64,000 nucleotides of DNA, taken from the NCBI RefSeq assembly GCF_001194135.2, contig NC_068987.1, forward strand, positions 17,567,797 to 17,631,796, written 5' to 3'. This document shows, in pieces, positions 27,246 to 40,659 of the stretch. The notes below the pieces were generated by a model. It ran no database searches, was not told the origin of the DNA, and saw only the letters and a list, made by a program, of their open reading frames with translations. Position 1 is the first letter of the stretch. Each line of letters starts with the position of its first letter. This stretch comes from Octopus bimaculoides. Taxonomy: Eukaryota. A program made the translations under genes and the position numbers.

Positions 27246-28055
27246 ATGTATCTACATAAACGCAGAGACATTAAGATGACATAATTATATGAGGGCTAAG
27301 CTTTGTTTATGATTGCCCGTGGCTCAGCATTTGTGCACGTGTCATTTATGTTTACGCATTTGCGACTCAGCGCATGCGTGAGTCTTTGTGTGATGAATAA
27401 AAGAGAAGAAAATTTCATATGAGTACCGCAAAGGGAAAAACTGAATACGCAAATATGCCAAAGGCAATGTATTGTAATAGAAAGAATAACATTTAATTCT
27501 AAAGAAACGTATTTGCATTGTATAGATTTTTTGAAATATAGTGTCTAGTCCGTAGTACATTAATGAATTGATCGTGTTATTTAGCATGCGCAGTTTACTG
27601 AAAGTTTAAGAATCCTTAAGAAAAAATTGCATGAGATTTAACCGAATGAAATTGAAATTACATTATCAGCAAATGTATTCACACACGCGCTTCTCAATTC
27701 TGGTATCTTATTGAGTATCCATTTGAGAGTTCCTGTTCAACGAATCCATAGCATCAGGAGTCGTGTAGGCTGCATTAGACTGCTATTAGAAGTGACAGCG
27801 AAATATACTTTTTCTTTGTAGCCACAGAAACACACACGTACACACACGCGCACAGATATACATACATATATATATATATATGTGTGTGTATGTATACATA
27901 TAATATGTATGTATACATATAATATGTATGTATACATATAATATGTATATATGTATGTATACATATAATATGTATATATGTATGCAGGTTTTTATGTATG
28001 TTTGTATACATATTCATACATACATGCTTATATATATATGTGTGAATACATATGT

Positions 28056-28102
<47 letters not shown>

Positions 28103-28133
28103 ATTACATATGTATATATATACNNNNNNNNNN

Positions 28134-28218
<85 letters not shown>

Positions 28219-30056
28219 ATTCCTAAATTGTGCTAATGTGTATAGAATGATATATCAGTTGAGTAAATTTATAACATGGTCTGCTTTTCACGTTTCTTAT
28301 TATTGTATCTAAAAGAAAATTTTTTACAGTGTTGAACAGTATTAAATATTAAAAAAATGTTTTGTAATGTTCAGAAAGTTCAATTAGCGCTTTCATACGT
28401 TCGCAGTATGCCTGTCACCTTTTTGCCCATGTATATTGCGATCAGTACCACCTTATCCAACATGTCCTTTCCTAATGTGACAGAATGTGATTTGCGGCAT
28501 TTGGCTACTACCTCCATCTGGTTTAACTACAACGTTGATATTTCATTGGCTCACTGACATAAGATCACAGATATTCGTGAAAATGAACAGTCGATACTTC
28601 TGTATTAGCATATGATTAACCGATTATTTTACCAATAATCGAAAACGTGTTAATAAAGATGTTCCAAACAGATCAGGTACACACAGAGTGACTAAAATAA
28701 ATACCGCATGATATTTCTTTGGAAGCTCTGTTGTTTTATCCGATCACCATTTTATCACATCACGGCGATAGAAACTTTTAGATATGCTCAGCGTTATGTT
28801 TGGTGGATGACGAACACTAACAGGTTTGTAGTATTTTATCTACTAAATAATCTCGTATACGTTTAGATCATGCACTTCTTACGAACTACATATAAAAATG
28901 TTAGGGTACAGATATGGCCGAGTAGCTAAATTCATTTCAGATTGAATAAATGTGGTGCTTGATCCCAATTCATAGAACTCGGTGAAAATAACTCCTTCGA
29001 TAATTTCGGTTAGATTCAGTTATATGAATGCATTTGAGGAGTCAGGATATACGTTGTAATTCATCAAATCGATTTGATTTATATTTCAAAGGGCAAGCAT
29101 TCTACACACTGTGTCACGCTGATCTACACGACGATTACATTACTTAACCACTTACAATATAATTCAATGAGAAGGTGATCGCTATTGATCTAATATCTGG
29201 AGTATTCGTGGCTGTAAACGACCTAATGCAAGATGTGAAACGTTTCAGTTACCACTGATTAAACAGCTTTGAAGTATGTGCAAGTTACAAGAGGAGTAAT
29301 AGGGGGAGTCGTAACCTAGTGAATTGGGTGTTAGTAAGAGGCCAAAAGTCAAACAAACCGAAGCAAAACGTGATGGGTGGAAGGGTGAGTAATTGGGAAA
29401 ACTGCGATTAAACGCAATTTCACACGAAGAACGAAGACATTTTGGATGGATAAAGGACAATGCCGAAAGGAAGTAAGCTTATGTGTATATATATGCACAC
29501 ACATACAATTATGCCTGTAACCTTCACTCAGCACCTGCTTATATTACGTAGCGGATGTTAAGCAACAGGTAAGCGTGTAACACGTAAAAACATGTGCGTA
29601 CCGATAGCTGAGTGTATGTGTGATGTATATGTGGAAAAGTAAACACAATAAAAAAAAATGGAAATCCTTTCATCCATACTTGTTGATAAAGTGGTGTTAA
29701 ATGGAGAAATAAGCGGCGTTTTCTGCTTATGTTATAACATCAGCTTTGCGAGCAAATCTCGCATAACAGAAGGTTTGATGGAAGAAATCTGGCAAATTGA
29801 AATGGTGTGCTATTGGCTTTCATTTTATATGAGTGTTGTGGAAATCAAGGAGATGCTTGAAAACACATTTCCTTTTAAATCAATCTACTTCACCAAAATA
29901 TAATACATTCAAAATAGACCGTTGTGGTTATCTCTACCTATCTATCGATATCTATACATACACATAAATCATACATATATAAATATATATATAACATAAA
30001 CAAGGCAAATTTTAGCCATTTCTCCGCAGACTAAAAACAAAAATTATGAACAATCT

Positions 30057-30091
30057 TACTCGAGTTTCGAACCTTATTCTGTACTCATCAG
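30057..30091 (-). ncRNA. Hammerhead core without matching stem I
   Basis: CTGATGA GTAC agaataag GTTC GAAA CTCGAG T A. Perfect ACTCGAGT palindrome and GUA triplet, one stem II mismatch, flanks do not pair. Confidence 0.5.
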
Positions 30092-30218
30092 TGGCGCCCA
30101 CATAATTCTGACAGTCTCCACGAGAAACAAGCAGCTAAACTGTTTATATACTCAACAAATGTGGCAGTTACTCTATGAAGGAATCCCTAATATATATGTG
30201 TGTGCGTGCGTGTGTGTT

Positions 30219-30250
<32 letters not shown>

Positions 30251-30251
30251 C

Positions 30252-30284
<33 letters not shown>

Positions 30285-30582
30285 ACTGGTTTAAGAGACC
30301 ATATATTTTTATACATATGTCGCCGTGAACAGGAGTTAATCTCTCTTCGCTCCTTTGTGCCACATGGGATCAACTCTCCTCCCTTCTTCATCTAACCCCT
30401 CTTCTTTCCTCACTTCCTCTCTCACCTACAACCTCCCTTCCCTCACACTCACCTCTCCTCTCCTCTCTTGCTCTGACACCTACTTCCTCTCGTCACTACT
30501 ACCCACCTTCTCCCTTTATCGTCAACCCTCCATCAGAGATGAAGTTTTCTTTGTGCTGTTTCCAGACACTTTAATTTATAAC

Positions 30583-30710
30583 CATCACTTTTAGACCCCA
30601 ACTGCCGACAAAGTTGTAGTGGCGCCATCTTGACATATGGCATGTATCTGAGACAATTTTTACATCTTGTGAATCCATCTTTCTTCACATCATACCAAAG
30701 ATGAATACTT
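30583..30710 (-). CDS. Candidate exon (128 nt): SIHLWYDVKKDGFTRCKNCLRYMPYVKMAPLQLCRQLGSKSD
   Basis: Acceptor tctttcttttattttctag (within a CT-rich low-complexity tract), one open frame, phase 2/1. The donor GATG|GTTATA is weak. Confidence 0.3.
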
Positions 30711-32451
30711 CTAGAAAATAAAAGAAAGACAGAGAGACGGAAAAAATCAGAAAGACAGAAAAGAAACAAAGAAAATACAAAAGAAAGAAAGAATGAATGA
30801 ATGAATGAATGAGTGATTGAATGAAAGGGCATTGCATCTGGAGTGGAACTTCATCAAATCTCCAAAGATAAAGAGTAAAGTTCAATTCGCTGATATCTGA
30901 ACTCAGACTACAGAAAGAATTGAAATGAATACCGCAAAGTAACGCAACCAGCATTGAGACGACTTTATTTATTCCTTTATTTATTTACTTATTTTTTCTT
31001 TCTTTGTTTATTTAGATAGTTATAGTAAAAATTATCTGGAGAAAAAAATGTTATTCGCTTTTGTAAGCGAAATTAAGGAGCCAATTTCAAATTCTTTTGA
31101 AGAATTTATGATGAAATTCCTCTGTAGTGAATACATTCACTCATTTATTGGGAAATGCATCTGATTACGAAACTTTTAGCAATTCACAATAACCCTGTCC
31201 GGCCAAACACTCTCTTTCTAACAGATGCCTGTAAACATTACACTTTTTAAAGTTTTATTTATTTTCTAGATTTTTGTCGTTTTATTTCTTTGTTTTTTGT
31301 CGCTAAGTAAACGAATTTATTTTTCAAGGCGAAACACATGCCCCAAACATCATTAATAATTGTATGTTCTGTCATTAATATGTATTCCTAATATAAACAA
31401 ACTTCTACGTAATAAAATTCCACTGAACATTTGAAAGTCATCAATGATTTTGGCATTAAATTTTTTTGGTTTCATAATCGCCATTTTGTTTTCAAAATTG
31501 CTCTATATACTTTTAACGATATTATTTTATTTCAGTTCTTATTTCATTTATTTATTTCTTAAGCGAAGCTGTTTTCCTTCATTTTTCGTTTGGGCTGCTT
31601 TGGTAATTTCCTTTCTAAGTGCAGTGGCAATTCTTTTTTTTCATTTGCATTTTTCTTTTACTGTTGAAGTCGACCGTTGATACACACAAAAACCGAATTA
31701 TACAACCTGCGCAAACAAGATTAAAATTTATTGACAAAGCATTTATAATGCATCTAATAATATTTTTTTCTTTTTAAATATATTTTTCATTGATTCGTTT
31801 CCTTCTTAAGATGATTTGATGTTAATTGACCATCAAATTGCCCTATAAAATGATATGTTGAAATGAAAAATGAGCTGTACTTTCTAGACTTACTTAATCG
31901 GAGCTTTACAAGCTCATTAAACTGTATGCCTGGAATTGTAAACATTGCATATGACGTAATAACATGCAACGCTCTTTACTGAAGTATAATACCATAATTG
32001 TATGTAATTTGTTTTATCTTTTATGTGCAAACGTGTCATTACGTATAAAATCAATTTATTTGTTAAATTCTCCAAAATGCAATGTTAGTTATTGTTTCGT
32101 ATTTAAAATTACTTTCCAGAAATAAATTAAGTGGATGGATTATGATTAGTTTTCTTTTGTAGAGAAAGATTTGGCCACCATATTGACGCGAGCTACTTAG
32201 TTTATTTAAACAGGGAAATAGTGAAGTGGTGTGTTTTGCAATTTAAAAATAACTCTTCTTTTAATTTCTTTAAAACCGTGACATGTTTTAAAATCATGAA
32301 CCAAGATTGTAGTTACCATGGAGATAGAAATTAAATTGTAAAAAGCTAAATGAATGTGTGTGTTTAGCGTAAGAGTTTTGTGTCGATAAAGTGATGAAAG
32401 GGTGACGTTTCATAAATTTATATAATGTAACGTTCAAACGCACACACAAAG

Positions 32452-32492
<41 letters not shown>

Positions 32493-32493
32493 T

Positions 32494-32543
<50 letters not shown>

Positions 32544-33521
32544 ATACGCTCCAAAGGTTGCCAATTGTCAACATTAATGGAAATATGTTTAGGAATGTTG
32601 TGGACTACATCACCATGACGCCTGAAACTTGAAGCAGGTAGCAAGAAAGATCATGTAATATCGAAATATATTATTTCACACATAATTGTATAAGTAACAT
32701 TTGATACAAGAATGTTCAATATGATCCAAGAAGATAAAGTTCAGGATTAATTACTCAATATTTACCGGTGTAAAAAGCAACTTAATGACCAATTCGTGTT
32801 TATTGTCAGACATATCGCAAAATGAGCAAGAGTAATTTACTTCAGGTTATACAGTCAACGTATCTTTCCTAAGCATTAAATTATTTCAAAGCCGAAACAT
32901 TATATTTACAAAGGTATTATATCATTTGGCCCAACTGCTGACATATCTTTGTGGTGTTCGTTGAGACTCATTACTATTCTTTCAGTTAGCAGGAAATTAC
33001 TATACTTCCTGTTTTGATAATTGCGTATAAATGTTCTTCATACATAGCTAATGTTATGATCGAGATAAGTGAGATGAAATGGATGCAAGCCTGCAAAAGA
33101 ACATGTCAGTATCTACGACCATTGAGAAGAGCTATTCTGAACAAAGAGGATTCACCATCTACCATATACTCTAAGAATGACAAATGAATATTCACTTCTT
33201 CTATAGGCACAAGACTTGAAAGTTTAGGGGACGGATTTATCCGATTACATCGACACCAGTGCTCAACTGATATTTATTTCAGCGTCTCTTGTTTATCCTG
33301 TTGTTACCTGCACTCTACGTGCATAGTGCGCCTGCACACCAATGCCCGAGGATAACATGGGTAACGAATACCGATGGTACATAGGGATATTTTATCCCTT
33401 AGTCGGTTATTATAACTGCTAACTCTGCTTACACACACACACACACACACATACATATAGTAGTATCGTTCTCGTCATTGCAAACGTAATACAAAGATCA
33501 TGTGTGTATAAATATTGTATG

Positions 33522-33573
<52 letters not shown>

Positions 33574-33677
33574 CGTGTGTGTGTGTGTATTATGCACCAC
33601 ATACACACACATACATACATATGCATTACTCTCTCTCTCTCTCTCTCTCNNNNNNNNNNNNNNNNNNNNNNNNNNNN

Positions 33678-33735
<58 letters not shown>

Positions 33736-33881
33736 GTGTGTGTGTACATATATGTATATATAGTTTCCAGTCAATTTGATGTCTACAAATTTGTCTTCTG
33801 TCAATATATAGTGACACAAACAGTAAACGCTTCTTAGAACTGAATAAAAAAATTGCATTATCATGTATGTGCAAGTGTGCG

Positions 33882-33923
<42 letters not shown>

Positions 33924-34550
33924 TGTATGGCGTTCCAGGGCACGATAATAATAATGATAGTAATTCGATATTCTCTTGGGATTCCTTGATAATTTTATCT
34001 CTAACTGATTTGAGTATATCGAATAAACCGTTATAGATAACCCTTTTTAATTATTTTTTCCTGAACCAAATTCGATTCTCTGATTACGTTTTTGAGTTGT
34101 AAATACACACACGCAAACACGCACACACATGTAATATACTGTTCCGTTAAGGTAAGATGGACTAAAAAGTACTCTATGTGGCGAGAGATAAATATTGTTC
34201 AGTTAACAGACTATATATTTTCATAGGCTACTAATATTTCCATGCAGTGAAAACGATACTGATGTTGCATTCATATAATCTTGAGGCTGTGTTCATATGG
34301 CATATACAAGCTAAAATAGGACGATAGAATAAAAGAATGTACGAGACAATGCGAGAAAAAGGTGATTGTAAAAGTTGGAATGGTGAAAATAAGGGAAAAC
34401 GAAAAGAAAAAAGGAAAACTGTAAAAGGAAACAGAAAAAAAGGAAGAAAACAACTAGGATAATTAAAGTTATGTCCCTTTTGATCGTAAAGTTATAATAA
34501 ACGAATAAGAGTCTACAGTCTGCGGTACACCCGCTCAATTCGGACAGGGT

Positions 34551-34727
34551 GGAATTTTCCAACTCGCCAACAGAAACTTATCTATATGTTTACCTCTGCT
34601 GAAAATTTCAGACTTTGAATATTCAGCATACGGAGGTGTTCTTGGACCTGAAAAGAATCTGGAATCGTTCAGCTACGCGTAGCTTGTATTTTGTGTTTTT
34701 TTATCCATTTACATAGAGCATGGATTT
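34551..34727 (+). repeat. Left arm of a perfect 177-bp inverted repeat
   Basis: ggaattttccaactcgcc...catggattt is the exact reverse complement of 36261-36437. Contains the 14-nt palindrome AGCTACGCGTAGCT. Confidence 0.95.
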
Positions 34728-35026
34728 AAAGGACATTTATAAAGATAAAGGTAGTCTTCCGGGATATTACGGATATCCCTTCATCAGAGAAAATATGAGA
34801 GAGTTAACTAGAGGGAAATAGCTTTGGTTTTGTTGTCTCATTTTATTTAACATATACATGCTCACAGAAGGCTCCCCATTAGATTCCTCACTGGCAATAT
34901 TATTGCGCGGCGGAGCTGAGGCATTTTGAAAAATAGCCCCAATGTAATCGGTAGACCTGTATGCAAGTCTTATTTCATGAAGACAATTCGTGTATAGTTC
35001 TGCAAATTATATTGATTCTAGAACGC

Positions 35027-35094
35027 CTGTGCTGACGAGAACACAGATGTTGTTACGTAAGTAAAGCGTTAATGTTCGAAACTGCAGTACACAG
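35027..35094 (+). ncRNA. Minimal type I hammerhead ribozyme, apparently intact
   Basis: CTGTG CTGACGA GAACA [long loop] TGTTC GAAA CTGCAG T A CACAG. Perfect 5-bp stem I, perfect 5-bp stem II and ACTGCAGT palindrome. Predicted GUA cleavage after 35089. Confidence 0.85.
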
Positions 35095-36260
35095 CTAATT
35101 ATTTATTCTGTATATCTCTCATTTTGTCCTGTTCTGGTGTTTTGCGAAATTTTTCTGGAGAACATTATTTTTCTTTGTGGTTGAGTAGCTGATGACCTCT
35201 TTCTAACATGTTGGATGTCCACCTAGTGGTCATCCCTTATACACGTGTAATACAATGTTTTCTGAATTTTCAGATTTTTTTATATGGTAGGCCACTTGGT
35301 TTTAAATTGAATTAACATTCAATTTATCACCCTATCTATATAAATATATATATGTATATATATGTATGTATATATATATATATACACACACATCATAAAC
35401 GTCAAGTAAAACGAGTATATAACTGATTAGACAGTATATTCAGAAGATGTCAGTCGATGAGAGTTTAAAAGTAAAACATGCAATTTACTTCATATTTGAA
35501 AATTCGAAAATTTAAAATTTTGGAAGAAGAAAAGCTTTTGTCAATGATGTATTCTGTAGTATATATAAATGTGGGAAAAAAAAAACTTTATTCATTTCCA
35601 AATTCAATTATATAAACCAAGATGAACAATAATAACCTTTAAAACAGACTATACAACTATAACTCAATAAGTGTATAATACTATACATCGAAAGCGTAAT
35701 CTACACAATATGTATTAATTAATTTCAGGAAGAATAATAAATTAGTAGACAGTGAAAAAGTATGAAGATTATAATAATGAAAAAGTACATATCTAGATAA
35801 AATTGTGATATTATATTAATATATATTCTATATATAATTAAATTATAAAAATAGATAATGGAGTTGAGGCTTATGTATGCTCACGAACGAAATCACACAA
35901 TTAAAAAACCCGCGCGCCGACGCTGCACCATTTTTACGCTCGCTCGCATAAACACACACAGTCATAAACTTATACCGACAAACACATAAAGACACGCGCG
36001 CGCACCCCTCCACACACACGCACACACATATATGATTGCTGCAACTGGATTTTGAAGAATGCCATCTCTTGATTTGTTTTCTTGAACAGCAAAAATGTGG
36101 TATTTCAGATCTATAATCCTCGTACAGATGTTACAAAGACGGGTACTACATATCTTCCTTCCGACACATGGACAAAAATAAAGAAACAAAATTTGCTAGC
36201 CAAGTATGGTGTTTGAAGTCTAAGTCCATATCACATAGAATCAAGTGCAAAAAAATTGAA

Positions 36261-36437
36261 AAATCCATGCTCTATGTAAATGGATAAAAAAACACAAAAT
36301 ACAAGCTACGCGTAGCTGAACGATTCCAGATTCTTTTCAGGTCCAAGAACACCTCCGTATGCTGAATATTCAAAGTCTGAAATTTTCAGCAGAGGTAAAC
36401 ATATAGATAAGTTTCTGTTGGCGAGTTGGAAAATTCC
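36261..36437 (-). repeat. Right arm of the perfect 177-bp inverted repeat
   Basis: Exact reverse complement of 34551-34727. Confidence 0.95.
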
Positions 36438-36561
36438 TTATGTCCTTGGTTTTGTTTTCTCATTTTATTTAACACACGCGCACTTACACACATATGTGTA
36501 TGCATATATATATAAACACGCACACGCACTCACACATATATATATATATACACACACACAC

Positions 36562-36623
<62 letters not shown>

Positions 36624-37639
36624 TTATTTATTGAAGGAGTATGATATAACATAACTATAAAAGTTACGAAAATTATCGTACCTCACTGTTATAAAAAATG
36701 TAATAATTTATTGCTCAGTATTCTGGGATAACATGAATGTCCATGCTCAACACTTAATATGCTGACCACATGAGAAATCGAACCTACCTCTTTTCTATGT
36801 TGATGTACTAGATCATGTGCATTTACACACACATATTTATATATATGTGTGTATGTGTGTGTAAATGAGTGTGAATGCGTGTGCTTATACGTACACACAC
36901 AAGCGCACGTGTGTGTGCATGTACGCACGTGATCTGTTTCACCTCAGATCAATTGGAAAACTGTTGTGTCATATGTTGAAAACGGAATTCTCTAAAGAAA
37001 AATCAATTGAAATATTCCATCAATTCGCCTGTGAATATTTTACTTGTATTTACAAATATATTATTGCTGTCAAAAACACCTGGATTGTTTAAAAATTGCA
37101 ACAGAGTTTTCAATGCTATTGTTATTCAATGTAAACTTAAGATTCGTTACGTGAATTTTCAATATCAATATGAATTATTGATTGCTATGCTAGATACCAA
37201 TCTATACCTTTTCTGGAGGCTATGGCCGGCTAGTATTTAACTAGCATATATTTAATAGAAAATCTAAAAATGATTGGCAATTTGTAAATATGGTTTTGGT
37301 ACTATGAGCTTTGGTTTTGTGAGTGAAGTAAAAGGGCATGCTTACGTAAATGTGAAGAAACACGTGGAAGATAAAAAGAGTTCTTTATTGCTAGGGTTCT
37401 TAGCTGTCAGAAATAGTTTGCAGAGACTCTGTGATACGCCATATATTTATTCAAGGAGTAACAATTCGTTAGATAGTTGTTGTATGAAGCTGATATGGGT
37501 TGTGTTCTCTGATAGATTATCGGTCAAATGAAACAAATTGATGGCTAAATACAGGCGATATTTAGGGAGAACAAAAATACAGTGACCAGGGATATTGGTG
37601 AGTATGAAGAGCGAACAATTTATATAGTGAGATCTTTCA

Positions 37640-37835
37640 CACAGCACCTCTTTACACTTTTCCCCTCTAGTACGGCCAGCATCTATTTCTTCAGTTTGTA
37701 TCTCATTAGACGTCGCTTGTTTGACTCCTTGCTGAGGATGGTGTATTGAAAGTATTCTCCCATAATCTCCATAGCCTTCAGTTTCTCTAGTATCTTTTTT
37801 GTTTCCTGCGAGACCCATTTGTTCTTCTGGATTTT
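37640..37835 (-). mobile_element. Decayed LINE fragment, RTE-like EN-RT linker
   Basis: QKNKWVSQETKKILEKLKAMEIMGEYFQYTILSKESNKRRLMRYK loosely resembles the RTE/BovB linker KW.S.E....I..RR..K.....Y..L.KE.....RRDK. Confidence 0.4.
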
Positions 37836-40204
37836 AAAAATGTTGAACTTATATCCTTTCGTATTTCTCACACAGCTATAAACACACAAGACCAAGACCA
37901 TGTACTTTGGTGTGTAGAAATAGTAACTTGGGCAGCAATATCTGCTGTTACCTACAGTGAATGTGATATGTCTACTTTATAAACAAAATGGTAAGCTACT
38001 TAGTCGTTTCACCTGCAGTATTAGTGTGTGAGGAGTGCAAGAGAATAAGACATTCTGTACGTTCAGTTCATACTACTGTTGTCTTCATTGAAAGACATGA
38101 GGTAGATATTCCTAATACAAGACGATATTTTATATAAGTTTTGTCGCGTGAGAGAATGCAGTGAGCTTAGAGACACGAGTTATAATTAAATGAATGAGGA
38201 GGAAACTTTAAGCTAGAGAGTTTGAAAATCATTTTTAGTGAAACTCACAAGAAATATACATAGCGAAAGAGAGGGGGAATTGTACCAAGACATTAGACCT
38301 CAGTCAATATAGGTGTTGACACTACCTTAAAGAGTAAATTTAATGTATAAAGTGTTACTCTGACAGCGGATATGCATTAGCAATAGAGGATATAAGGCCT
38401 GTGTATAAGAAAGCAATACAATACTTAGGAGATAATTGATGTGGTCCGAATATTTGTATCAAATTGCAATATATACTTTTAATACATCCAAAACGACGTA
38501 ATTCTTTATAAATCATTTCGCATTGAGAACTAACACCTTTATGTAGAAAACTGATGTATTGTGAAAAATAATATACCAAATTTTCTGCAGAATTTTGAAA
38601 CAGAGCAGTAAAAATTGGCTGCATTTCCGGCTGTGGATATTCCAGTAAATAAAACTTGTTTCTGTTCTTTAATGCACTTACAGTGCACTTGCAGTTTCCT
38701 TCCTTTATTCAGCAGAAATACATTGAAATTTTCTCAAAATTTATAGCAAATTTTCTCCAGAAATTCGAAACAACAATAAAAATGATAGTTATAAAACGAA
38801 AGTATGCCTGCAAATAAACTTCGTTTCCGTTATTCAATGTTCTTATTTCGTAGTTTTCTTTTATTTAATATAAATAGGTTGAAGTTAAACAACATAGAAT
38901 CTCTTGATTCTGTTATCAAATCACACAAAGCCAGAAAATGTTCTGTTTCATAAGAGAAAGCAACAAGTGTAATAAATTTAAACAATTATCTGTTCAGTCT
39001 GCCGACAGCCTATGGTGGTCACTGCAATTTGCGCGTATTTTTCCTGTTGTTTTTTCTTTTTCTTTTTTTACTCATCCATCCAGACGTATAATCTTTAACT
39101 GCCGTTGGCTATTCTCGAGCTTTAATACAAAACCTAGATTAATTCAAGCAACATTTCCAATTGTCAAAGACCGACAGTTTCATTTGCATAACCTAATGCA
39201 ATCGATATGAAGATTACAGACTTGTTGCTGTCTTTGATGGTGAGTCTAATATTGTTAAAGTTGTTATTTCTCTCAAGTTAGCCGCTACATTCTCCTCTTT
39301 TTCTTCTTGCAATTATTGTTGCAGGTCGTCCATGTATTTTCTAGCTGTTTAATTTTTTGTTTATTTCATCATCAATTTCAATTATTTCACTATGACAGAT
39401 AAAGTTTTGTTTACCTTCTTTTTATAAATTATTTTTATTATCGCTTCCGCCCCACAAGTATTTATTGCACTTTTGTTGTAATTGTTTTCATTCGACTTCA
39501 TTCGAATTACAGTGTTCACTTGACCTAAACGTCACTTGATCGATTTATTTATTGTTATGTTTTATAATTATTCTTTCGCTTCTTTATGATCTGGAAATAT
39601 TTTCGTTTCCTTTGGCAATGGATCATACTTGGAACTACACAGGATGTTTTAGTCTTCTGAGAGCTCCTTGTAATCACTTCTCTTTTATAACTTACAACCA
39701 ATGTAATATATCTATTTTAGTAACAAAAATTTTGTTGACGTAGCATTTGTTGTTTGCAGCTTAAAGCAGCGTCAAAGATACCATGATTTCTAATTTCAAC
39801 CAACTCTGTCTTAATTAACAACGAAAAACAGTAATATCAAACTGTGATCTATCTTTGTCAATAAAGGAGAAATTGCGTAATAGAACATTAGTCATACACT
39901 TTACTGGTTGTAACTATTTTCGGCTTCGTTCAACACCCACATATATTTCGAAACATTTTGGAGAGAAATTGATATATTTGGAAATAATAACAGAGGAGAT
40001 ACATAGATATACTAGTAGGTGAATTGTCAGTGTATCATGAGGGCAGGCAGGAATATGGGGTTGAGAAATTTGCTTCAATATCACACGGTGCCGTGTTCGA
40101 TTCCATTTCGTTCCATGTTAGCAAAAGTTACCAGAACGGTGCAATTCGATACAGCCTTATGCGCGCGCGCGCGAAGACCCATCGCACATATATATATATA
40201 TATA

Positions 40205-40659
40205 GGCACAGCATTGCTGTGTGGTAAGAAGCTTACTTCCCAACCACATGGTTCCGCGTTCAGTCCCACTGTTTTGCACTTTGGGCCAATGTTTTCTACA
40301 ATAGCTTCGGGCCGACCAAAGCCTTTGAGCGAATTTGGTAAACGGAAACTGAAAGAAGCCTGCCGTGTATATATATATATGTGTGTGTGTGTGCGTGTGT
40401 GTGTGTATGCGTGTGTGCGGGTGCGAGTATTTCGCTGTGTTTCTGTGTTTGCCACCCCACCGTCGCTTGACAACCGATGTTGGTGTGTTTACGTTCACGT
40501 AAATTAGCAGTTCGGCAAAAGGGACCGATAAAATAAGCACTAGGCTTTAAAGAAATAAGTCCCGGGGCCGATTTGTTTGACTAAAGCGTGGTGCCCTTGC
40601 ATGGCCGCAGTCAAAATGACTGAAACAAGTAAAAGAATAAAAAAAGAATAAAAAAAAAG
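40205..40659 (+). mobile_element. SINE family B, full-length copy with internal (TA)(TG) microsatellite
   Basis: Head gctgtgtggtaagaagcttacttcccaaccacatggttccgcgttcagtcccactg. Tail ccgcagtcaaaatgactgaaacaagtaaaagaataaaa. Confidence 0.9.

Noticed and set aside
30370-30530. CT-rich pyrimidine tract (also 40990-41150)
   Set aside because: Low-complexity sequence with no structure or family that I could assign.
35188-35232. CTGATGA in a GATGACC/GGTCATC hairpin
   Set aside because: No GAAA box follows.
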